Origin: Patescibacteria group bacterium
GTDB taxonomy: Bacteria; Patescibacteriota; Patescibacteriia; UBA10025; JAHIVO01
Length of the DNA: 64,000 nt
Reading direction: 5' to 3'
Assembly (NCBI GenBank): GCA_041650915.1
Contig: JBAZKE010000003.1
Span: forward strand, 21,226 to 85,225
Under the pieces are notes generated by a model. That model did no database searches. It worked only from the letters and a program-made list of their open reading frames with translations, and was not told where the DNA came from. The translations under genes were made by a program, and so were the position numbers. Shown here piece by piece: positions 19,291 to 26,543 of this stretch. Each line of letters starts with the position of its first letter. The stretch's first letter is position 1.

Positions 19291-20643
19291 ATGGCCAAGA
19301 CAGTAACAATTTTTTCATGCACAAAGTGCGGTGCGCAGTTCCCTAAGTGGCAAGGTCGGTGCACCGAATGCGGTTCGTGGGGCACCTTTAGCAAGGGGCA
19401 GCCAGCTGTCCGGCAGCGAAACGCACGCCCGACTGCAGGGCGAGCCGCTCCGGTCGAGACGCTTGCTACTATCGGTCCGGCGCAGGACGAACGGCTTGAG
19501 AGTTCGGTCCGCGAGTTTGACCGCGTACTCGGAGGCGGGATCGTCGCGGGGAGCTTGGCGCTGCTCGGGGGCGATCCGGGAATTGGCAAGTCAACGCTCA
19601 TACTCCAGGTCGGCGGCAAGCTCGCCAGCCTTGGGCGCGAGGTGCTGTACGTGTCCGGCGAGGAATCCTCGGTGCAGGTCAAGGATCGCTTCACAAGGCT
19701 CGGGCTTACGACCGACAAGCTTAAGTTTCTCGGTGAGACGGACATCGAGACGGTACGTGCGACCGTGGAACAGCACAAGCCCGCACTCGTTATTATCGAT
19801 TCGATCCAGACCGTGCATACGGCCGAGGTCGATGCAGAGGCAGGGAGCATCAGCCAGCTGAAAGCATGCACTGCCAAGCTCTCAGAGGCGGCGCGGGACC
19901 TCAATACAGCCATGATCGTGATCGGGCACGTGACGAAGAAGGGCGGCGTCGCCGGGCCCCGTACGCTCGAGCACCTCGTCGACGTGGTGCTGTACCTCGA
20001 GGGTGACCGGCACCATGCGTTCCGCGTGCTCCGTGCGGTCAAGAACCGGTTCGGCTCAACCGCGGAGGTTGGGGTGTTTGACATGCAGGCGGGAGGTCTG
20101 GCTGAGGTGCGGAACCCATCGGAAATTTTTCTCGCGGACCGCACGGCAGAGAGCCCGGGATCGGTCGTGACCGCGGTCGTCGAGGGTTCGCGCGCCTTCC
20201 TCGTTGAAGTGCAGGCGCTCGTCTCCCGTGCGAACTTTGGGTACCCGCAGCGCCGCGCGGCAGGATTCGATTTCAACCGGCTGCAGATGCTCGTCGCGGT
20301 ACTTACCAAAAAAGCCGGGCTGTACCTCGGGAACCAGGATGTGCACGTGAACGTCGCCGGCGGCTTTCGGGTCGGGGAGCCCGCTGCGGACCTCGCGGTG
20401 TGCCTCGCGATCGCGTCAGCGCTGAAAAATAAGCCCATACCAAAAACACTCGCCGTATTCGGCGAGGTAGGCTTGGGCGGCGAGCTGCGGGCTGTGGGAC
20501 AGAGCGACAAGCGCCTGGATGAGATCGTCAAGATGGGCTTCAAGGAAGCTCTGATCCCAAGGACAAAACTTTCACAGGAGCCAGGCGGATTACAGATTGT
20601 GATGCTTGATTCGCTCAGCGAGGTTATCAGAGATTTTGTGTAA
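19291..20643 (+). CDS. radA: DNA repair protein RadA/Sms.
   Basis: N-terminal Zn finger CTKCGAQFPKWQGRCTECGSW. Walker A GGDPGIGKST. KNRFG motif. C-terminal Lon-like domain. Confidence 0.9.
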   Translation: MAKTVTIFSCTKCGAQFPKWQGRCTECGSWGTFSKGQPAVRQRNARPTAGRAAPVETLATIGPAQDERLESSVREFDRVLGGGIVAGSLALLGGDPGIGKSTLILQVGGKLASLGREVLYVSGEESSVQVKDRFTRLGLTTDKLKFLGETDIETVRATVEQHKPALVIIDSIQTVHTAEVDAEAGSISQLKACTAKLSEAARDLNTAMIVIGHVTKKGGVAGPRTLEHLVDVVLYLEGDRHHAFRVLRAVKNRFGSTAEVGVFDMQAGGLAEVRNPSEIFLADRTAESPGSVVTAVVEGSRAFLVEVQALVSRANFGYPQRRAAGFDFNRLQMLVAVLTKKAGLYLGNQDVHVNVAGGFRVGEPAADLAVCLAIASALKNKPIPKTLAVFGEVGLGGELRAVGQSDKRLDEIVKMGFKEALIPRTKLSQEPGGLQIVMLDSLSEVIRDFV

Positions 20644-20650
20644 AAAAATA

Positions 20651-20680
20651 GGCGACCCCTGGTTGTGGGTCGCCCTTTGA
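20651..20680 (+). terminator. Hairpin terminator after radA, with a weak U tract.
   Basis: GGCGACCC-ctggttgt-GGGTCGCC followed by CTTTGA. Confidence 0.4.
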
Positions 20681-20705
20681 GCGGTGAAACTGTAAAGACG
20701 GTTTG

Positions 20706-20885
20706 TTACTCGTCTTCGTTGTTGGGGCCGCCGATCTTCCTGCCGCCCCCGCAGTTCGATACGCGGTTGTATCGGCCGGCAAATGATCTGCCGGATGTGT
20801 CCGCTGCGAGTGGATGGAGGTCGAAATCGTTGCACTGGAGAGATTCATCTCCCGCTGGCAGTAGATCGGTGTTTTGATCTTCCAT
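20706..20885 (-). CDS. Candidate small protein (59 aa) between radA and recG.
   Basis: Minus-strand ORF MEDQNTDLLPAGDESLQCNDFDLHPLAADTSGRSFAGRYNRVSNCGGGRKIGGPNNEDE preceded by GGGAGA 4 nt upstream. Just under the 60-aa cutoff of the ORF track. Confidence 0.3.
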   Translation of the reverse strand: MEDQNTDLLPAGDESLQCNDFDLHPLAADTSGRSFAGRYNRVSNCGGGRKIGGPNNEDE

Positions 20886-21083
20886 ACGTCTCCCGTTTTT
20901 TGGCGGTTTGGCACATTTGCTGTCTTGTAAAGAGCGGTGCTGAGCTCATCTAACCTCCTTGTTTACTCAGCTGTTTTGGGTTGTTCCTTTTTGAACGGCT
21001 ATTGTGTTTTTTCCATGCCATCCGAAAAGGAGTATTACTATAGATTAATATCACAAAACAGCGCCTCTGTCAAGCTGTACGGC

Positions 21084-23147
21084 TCACTCCAGGTGCACGG
21101 AAGCGGAAAAATGTTTGAGCCGTTTTTGTACGAGCGGGTAGCCGCTAAGGCCTTTATTTCCCGTTAAAAGGCTTTCGGCAGCTTCGCGGGTTTGCCGGAT
21201 GAGCTCACGGTCTGTCAGTTTCGCGATTTTCAGCTCCGGGAAGCCGGACTGTTTGAGCCCGTAAATTTCACCCGGACCCCTGAATTCAAGGTCTTTTTCG
21301 GCAAGTTCGAAGCCGTCTTTAGCAGTGATAAGCGCATTGAGGCGTTCGAGCGTTTTGTCACTGTTGGATTCCGTAAAGACGAGGCAGTATGACTGGTGCT
21401 CGGCGCGGCCGACCCTGCCGCGGAACTGGTGGAGCTGCGCGAGGCCAAACCGCTCGGCGCCTTCAATAACCATGACCGATGCGTTCGGGATATCGACACC
21501 AACTTCAACGACCGCGGTGGCGACCAGTATGCTGGCCTTGTTCTGCTCAAATGCGTCAATGGCAGCTTTCTTGTCTGCGGAGCTCAGCTTGCCGTGCACG
21601 AGCCCGACAGAAAGGTCCGGAAATATCTCCTCGCTGAGCATGTTATACTCGGCTGTCGCCGCACGCACGCCGAGCTTGTCTGATTCTTCGATAAGCGGGC
21701 AGATCACAAACGCCTGCCGTCCACTCTCTATTTCTCTGCGTATGAAGCCGTACGCGCTCTGCCGTTTTTCAGGCGGTACGATTTTTGTCAGCACCTTTTT
21801 CCGCCCGCGGGGGAGTTCGGTAATGGCTGAGATGTCGAGGTCGCCATAGAGGGTAAGGGCGAGCGAGCGCGGGATGGGGGTGGCGGTCATGGACAGGAGG
21901 TGCGGGCTATAACCGTCAGTTTTATTTTTCAGCGTCTTGCGCTGGTCAACGCCGAAGCGGTGCTGCTCATCGATGATGGCGAGGCCGAGTTTATTGAAAC
22001 GCACCCGCTCCTGTATCAGTGCATGGGTCCCGATCACGACCTGCGCGCTGCCCTTTTCAATATGCTTCAGCAATTTCTGCTGCGTCGTTTTTCTGGCACC
22101 GTACTGCTTGGCACTGCTTGTGATGAGCGCAGTCTGCACCTTGGACTGCTTGAAAATTTTATGCAGCGTCTTGAAGTGCTGGAGCGCGAGAATTTCCGTA
22201 GGGGCCATGAGTGCCGTTTGGTACCCGTTCGTTGCCACGTTGAGCGCTATGAGGGCCGCAACGACGGTTTTACCAGCGCCGACATCGCCCTCGAGGAGCC
22301 GGTTCATCGGGCTAGCATCGCCAAGGGATTGGAGGATTTCCCATGCGGCTTTTTTTTGGCTCGGCGTCAGTGTAAAGGGCAGCGAGCTGACAAACTGCCT
22401 GGTGAGCCCCTCATTGAAATGGATTTTCGGTGCGCGCTCAGCGCTGAGCTCGTGGCGCACGAGCTGTGTTTTCAGCTGTATGAGCAGCAGCTCGTCGAAT
22501 TTGAGCCTCCGCCTCGCCATGCCAAGCTGTGCTTTATCAGTAGGGAAGTGCACCTCGTGGAGCGCCGTGCTCAGGCGCATGAGCCGGTACTGGCGGAGAA
22601 CCGTATCGGGGAGCCACTCGGGCACCGACTGTGCGAGCGGCAGCACGAGCCTGATGAGGTAGCGTATTTGCTTCTCGGTGAGGTTTTCCGTCAGCGAGTA
22701 GATCGGAATTATCCTGGCAGTATGCGTCTGCTCTTTCTTGACCTTTTCGTACGAGGGGTTGGAGAACTGCAGGCCGTACTTCGTGTGCTCAACCTTGCCG
22801 GAAAGGTATACGAGATCGCCCTGCCTCAGGAGTTTGGTGATGAACGGCTGGTTGAACCATACCGCTTTCGCGCTCCCTGTCTCGTCGGTGATAAGGCATT
22901 CGGTTATGTACATTCTTCTGCGGAATGCCCTTTTATTTGCGATGAGGTCAATGGTGCCGCAAACCGTCGTTTCCGTTTTTGGCTGGATCCTGGCGATGGG
23001 AGTAATCGTGCTGAAGTCTTCGTACCGGAAGGGGAAGTAAAATAACAAGTCGAGCACGCGGGCAAGCCCCAGCTTGTGAAGGCGTTTTGTCAGTACTTTT
23101 CCTATCCTCGGCAGGTCAGACAGGGGTGTCGTGGGCGTTATTGTCAT
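21084..23147 (-). CDS. recG: ATP-dependent DNA helicase RecG.
   Basis: Wedge/OB N-terminal domain. Helicase motif I GDVGAGKTVVA and motif II DEQHRFGV. Size 687 aa. Confidence 0.9.
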   Translation of the reverse strand: MTITPTTPLSDLPRIGKVLTKRLHKLGLARVLDLLFYFPFRYEDFSTITPIARIQPKTETTVCGTIDLIANKRAFRRRMYITECLITDETGSAKAVWFNQPFITKLLRQGDLVYLSGKVEHTKYGLQFSNPSYEKVKKEQTHTARIIPIYSLTENLTEKQIRYLIRLVLPLAQSVPEWLPDTVLRQYRLMRLSTALHEVHFPTDKAQLGMARRRLKFDELLLIQLKTQLVRHELSAERAPKIHFNEGLTRQFVSSLPFTLTPSQKKAAWEILQSLGDASPMNRLLEGDVGAGKTVVAALIALNVATNGYQTALMAPTEILALQHFKTLHKIFKQSKVQTALITSSAKQYGARKTTQQKLLKHIEKGSAQVVIGTHALIQERVRFNKLGLAIIDEQHRFGVDQRKTLKNKTDGYSPHLLSMTATPIPRSLALTLYGDLDISAITELPRGRKKVLTKIVPPEKRQSAYGFIRREIESGRQAFVICPLIEESDKLGVRAATAEYNMLSEEIFPDLSVGLVHGKLSSADKKAAIDAFEQNKASILVATAVVEVGVDIPNASVMVIEGAERFGLAQLHQFRGRVGRAEHQSYCLVFTESNSDKTLERLNALITAKDGFELAEKDLEFRGPGEIYGLKQSGFPELKIAKLTDRELIRQTREAAESLLTGNKGLSGYPLVQKRLKHFSASVHLE

Positions 23148-23206
23148 GAGTGTATTGTATCAAAAAAAAGGGGGTCCCGCATGGACAGGACCCCTCATGG
23201 GAATAC

Positions 23207-23683
23207 TCATCGAAGTTTGATTGCGGATGACGCGAGCACGATACTCGTGTCGATCTTCCAGCTGCCGGACATTGGCAGCTCCAGCGGGCTACTGACCCGG
23301 AAGGTGAGGCGCGCCTCGAATTTGTGTGACTCGCCCGGCTGTACGATAGCCACCGATGCGAAGCGCAGGATAGGATTGAGCGTAATCGAAGGCTCACCTT
23401 TAATTGCCTCAATCGCATCCCGAAAGGCATCGCGGATAGCGGGATGATCGTTGGCAAAGGCGCCAATGATCTCAAAGGTGACGGTCGGCTGGTGCGGTTG
23501 CACCTGTGCGATAAACAGCCCGGTATTTTTTTCGGACTGGATCGCGAATACGGGCGGGACATTGTGCCCTACGGTGCCGGCACCATTGACCGAAGCAGAG
23601 AGTGCCAGGCTTCCATCCACTTTCCCTCGGAGCGCGAGAGAGATTTCATCGGTGAGCTTTTGAAGCAGCTCAATGGGACTCAT
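23207..23683 (-). CDS. Hypothetical protein (~158 aa).
   Basis: Minus-strand ORF 23207..23695. The likely start is MSPIELLQKL at 23683. Confidence 0.5.
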   Translation of the reverse strand: MSPIELLQKLTDEISLALRGKVDGSLALSASVNGAGTVGHNVPPVFAIQSEKNTGLFIAQVQPHQPTVTFEIIGAFANDHPAIRDAFRDAIEAIKGEPSITLNPILRFASVAIVQPGESHKFEARLTFRVSSPLELPMSGSWKIDTSIVLASSAIKLR

Positions 23684-23810
23684 ATATGCCTCCACGAAAA
23701 CAGTGTTTATTTCACATGGTAAGGGCAGTGTGTATATTCAGAGCGGTTATTCGCTCGGCAGTACATCGTACCATAGGATTTAGGAATGTCAAAGCACTGT
23801 TGATTTGATA

Positions 23811-23838
23811 CAAAAAAGACCCCATGCATATTGGGGGT
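23811..23838 (-). terminator. Rho-independent-like terminator on the minus strand, downstream of the tRNA at 24023-24094.
   Basis: Minus-strand reading ACCCC-aatatgcat-GGGGT followed by CTTTTTTG. Confidence 0.4.
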
Positions 23839-24022
23839 GCCGGCGTTTTTTCGTATACGTGCCTTGTGTTTGTAAGCGGTGCAGGTAGGAATCGGTCACG
23901 AGTCGCGCTCCGCGCGCTCTCGACCCCGCCTCGCGCCACCTTCGGTGGCATGCTCCGGCTTTCGATTCCTGGCGCTCCGCAAGCAGTTGCGGAGCTCCTC
24001 GTTCAGATTCACTGCGTTCATC

Positions 24023-24094
24023 TGCCCTCGGCAGGAATCGAACCTGCATTTCAGGCTCCGCAAGCTTGCGTCCTATCCGTTGAACGACGAGGGC
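24023..24094 (-). tRNA. tRNA of 72 nt with no encoded CCA. The anticodon loop reads UUGCGGA, so the tentative call is tRNA-Arg(GCG) with G37.
   Basis: Acceptor stem GCCCTCG/CGAGGGC, D-arm GTTC/GGAC with a GG loop, T-arm GCAGG-TTCGATT-CCTGC, discriminator A. The anticodon stem has one A.C mismatch. Confidence 0.6.
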
Positions 24095-24124
24095 TCGATA
24101 TGTTTACAGTGGGCTGAAATGCTG

Positions 24125-24643
24125 CTACAGCTTCATGACCCGGCCGAGACCGTCTGAGAAAGATTCATTGACCTTTTCCGGATCTTCTTCGATGTATTTG
24201 AGCAGGATCTGCCTGATCTTTAAGGGATTTTGGCTCTCGAGTGCAATGCTGATCGACGGCCGCACGCCGGACTTAAATGAAAAGTATAGGTTTTTCACTT
24301 CAGGCGGATCGTATACGATCCAGAACTGCTTGATGGCATTCCATTCGTAAAATGTGCTTTCACCGAGCACGAGCCCATCTTCGGTCAGCTGGGCTTGCAG
24401 CCTTCTGGGTGATCTGCGGTACTCGAGCGCATAGACCCCGACCAAAATAACGAGGAGCAGGAGGAAGAGGTAATTTTGGGTGCTCACCGCGTAGATTGTA
24501 AGTGCGCAAACAATCGTAATTGCGACTGCGTACCACAGCTTACCGCGGAAGTATTTCGTGTATTCCGGAAATTCCCATGAGGCAAGGACTTCCCCAAAGT
24601 CGATTTTTTGATTGGGTGTTTTTCCTGCGTTGGATTGCGCCAT
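24125..24643 (-). CDS. Hypothetical two-TM membrane protein (172 aa).
   Basis: Minus-strand ORF with hydrophobic segments LWYAVAITIVCALTIYAV and LFLLLLVILVGVYAL. Confidence 0.55.
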   Translation of the reverse strand: MAQSNAGKTPNQKIDFGEVLASWEFPEYTKYFRGKLWYAVAITIVCALTIYAVSTQNYLFLLLLVILVGVYALEYRRSPRRLQAQLTEDGLVLGESTFYEWNAIKQFWIVYDPPEVKNLYFSFKSGVRPSISIALESQNPLKIRQILLKYIEEDPEKVNESFSDGLGRVMKL

Positions 24644-24837
24644 ATATCGTAGGTATTAACTTGTTATGTGGTCCCGGAGAGTGCCTCTATAGTATACAGA
24701 AAAACAGGAAAAAATTCACGTTTGGTCACTCATCGATTTCCTGACGGAAATCTAGGTCGATTCCGCCTCGCGGTGTTCGTTTTCCGCCAGGGGCGGTGGA
24801 AATTCTCGCTGGGACGCTCCAGGCTTTCTCTTTTTTA

Positions 24838-25285
24838 CGCTCCTTCGTTCACGTTGTTCACTTCGGAGGCGGAGGGATTCCGCTCCGCGCCGGGGCTCGC
24901 GGCTACTCCATTGCATTCCGCAGCATCGCTCGCCCTTCTCATCCCTACGCTCCACACGCAGGTGTGGAGCTCCGCTCCTTCGTTCACGTTGTTCACTTCG
25001 GAGGCGGAGGGATTCCGCTCCGCGCCTGGGCTCGCGGCTACTCCATTGCATTCCGCAGCATCGCTCGCCCTTCTCATCCCTACGCTCCACACGCAGGTGT
25101 GGAGCTCCGCTCCTTCGTTCACGTTGTTCACTTCGGAGGCGGAGGGATTCCGCTCCGCGCCTGGGCTCGTGGCTACTCCATTGCATTCCGCAGCATCGCT
25201 CGCCCTTCTCATCCCTACGCTCCACACGCAGGTGTGGAGCTCCGCTCCTTCGTTCACGTTGTTCACTTCGGAGGCGGAGGGATTC
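24838..25285. repeat. Tandem direct repeat of 3.3 units of 135 bp in the tRNA-Ser(TGA) trailer. Each unit begins with a copy of the last 16 nt of the tRNA.
   Basis: Units 24838-24972, 24973-25107 and 25108-25242 differ by 1-2 SNPs. A partial unit 25243-25285 overlaps the genuine tRNA 3' end. The shared motif is cttcGGAGGCGGAGGGATTC. Confidence 0.85.
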
Positions 25286-25355
25286 GAACCCCCGAGACCT
25301 TTGCGGGTCTAACGGTTTTCAAGACCGTCCCATTCAACCGCTCTGGCACGCCTCC
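25269..25355 (-). tRNA. tRNA-Ser(TGA), type II with a long variable arm, no encoded CCA.
   Basis: GGAGGCG acceptor, anticodon loop CUUGAAA, variable stem AGACC/GGTCT, T-arm GGGGG-TTCGAAT-CCCTC, discriminator G. Confidence 0.85.
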
Positions 25356-25625
25356 ATCTGTGCGAAAGGTACGGTATGTACCGTTCGCTTTTTGAATCAA
25401 ACCGCAGCATAAGTTGTAGTGCGGCCCATTTTTTATTAATGTATTGGTGGAGAGGGCGAGATTCGGTCACAAATAAATTTCCTGACGAAAATTTTTTACG
25501 ACCCCGCCTCGCGGCGCTCGCCTCCCCTCGGCAGGCTCGGGGAACTCGCGCATCGCTGCGGCTTTCTCATCTCGATGTCCCACAAGCAGTTGCGGGACTC
25601 CCTTCCTCATTCACTAACGTTCATT

Positions 25626-25716
25626 CGGAGAGGGCGAGATTCGAACTCGCGAAGGGGTTTTAAGGCCCCTTAACGGTTTAGCAAACCGCTGCCTTCAGCC
25701 ACTCGGCCACCTCTCC
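25626..25716 (-). tRNA. tRNA-Ser(GCT), type II, no encoded CCA.
   Basis: GGAGAGG acceptor, anticodon loop UUGCUAA, long variable arm AAGGGGCCTTAAAACCCCTTC, T-arm GCGAG-TTCGAAT-CTCGC, discriminator G. Confidence 0.85.
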
Positions 25717-25764
25717 TCGATTCATCGAGATGTATACGCTGCTCGGGTAAGGGAAAAAAATATT

Positions 25765-26493
25765 TTACGAGCCGCGAGCGATGACGAGGCCCCAGACAGC
25801 CCGTGCGCCCGCTTGCTTGAGCACCCCTGAGCACTCATGTAAAGTAGCGAGTGTCGTTGCTACATCATCTACCAGTATAGCATTTTTTCCTTTGATGCTG
25901 AAGGGATCTGCAACGGAAAATGCGCCGACGACATTTTGCAGACGTTGCTGCCTATTGAGTTGGGCTTGGGATTCAGTTTTTCTGGCTCTCTTTAGCAGAT
26001 GGGGGTACTGGGTAAGTGAGGAGTATTCGGCGATTACCGCACAGAGGAGCCCAGCCTGGTTAAAACCCCGCTCGAGAAACCGCTTTCGGTGGAGCGGAAC
26101 CGGAACCAATACCGTGCGCTGGTGACTGCTCAGTATACCGGCAGGCTTTGTTTTGTCAACAGCCTGGAGCGCGCGGAGGAGCTGCAGCCCGAGGAACTGT
26201 GCGAGCTCCTCGACGTATTTGTATTTCAGCAGGTGGATCGCCGACTGGATGAGCTTCTGTTCATACGGAGCCGCGACGATGAGCCCGTCGAGGCTTGAGG
26301 TACTGCGGCACTTCCCGCAGGTAGCCGGCGATCCGGGGATTCTGCAGATTGGGCAGCGCTGCTGCATGCCGCCGGTAACCTGCCGGGCGCATGCCGTACA
26401 GATCCAGGCGCCCTCGGCACCGCACCCGACGCACGATGCCGGAAAGAGCGTGTCGAGGACCGTTATTTTTAAAGTGTGCAGGATTGTGGACAT
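25765..26493 (-). CDS. comFC: ComF-family phosphoribosyltransferase (ComFC-like competence protein).
   Basis: N-terminal Cys4 zinc-finger pair CVGCG...CTAC and CPIC...CGKC. C-terminal PRTase motif ILVDDVATTLATL. Confidence 0.8.
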   Translation of the reverse strand: MSTILHTLKITVLDTLFPASCVGCGAEGAWICTACARQVTGGMQQRCPICRIPGSPATCGKCRSTSSLDGLIVAAPYEQKLIQSAIHLLKYKYVEELAQFLGLQLLRALQAVDKTKPAGILSSHQRTVLVPVPLHRKRFLERGFNQAGLLCAVIAEYSSLTQYPHLLKRARKTESQAQLNRQQRLQNVVGAFSVADPFSIKGKNAILVDDVATTLATLHECSGVLKQAGARAVWGLVIARGS

Positions 26494-26543
26494 AAAAACC
26501 TCCCCGTAAATTTGGGGAGGTTTTTGGCATCAATGGTACGTAC

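Noticed and set aside
19152-20543. 463-aa minus-strand ORF covering radA
   Set aside because: Antisense shadow of an unambiguous radA.
20937-21167. 76-aa + strand ORF overlapping the 3' end of recG
   Set aside because: It overlaps a well-supported gene on the other strand and has no RBS or features.
21900-23045. 381-aa + strand ORF inside recG
   Set aside because: Antisense shadow of recG.
23696-24022. ORFs 23824..24117 and 23879..24157 across the tRNA trailer region
   Set aside because: They overlap a tRNA gene and the conserved trailer hairpin. This is likely non-coding RNA sequence.
24838-25285. Possible CRISPR array
   Set aside because: The 135-bp units are near-identical across their whole length. 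There are no unique spacers, and no cas genes occur in the window.
24668-25312. 214-aa + strand and 157/143-aa minus-strand ORFs with perfect internal protein repeats
   Set aside because: They are translations of the 135-bp tandem DNA repeat and overlap a tRNA gene. The protein repeats merely mirror the DNA repeats.
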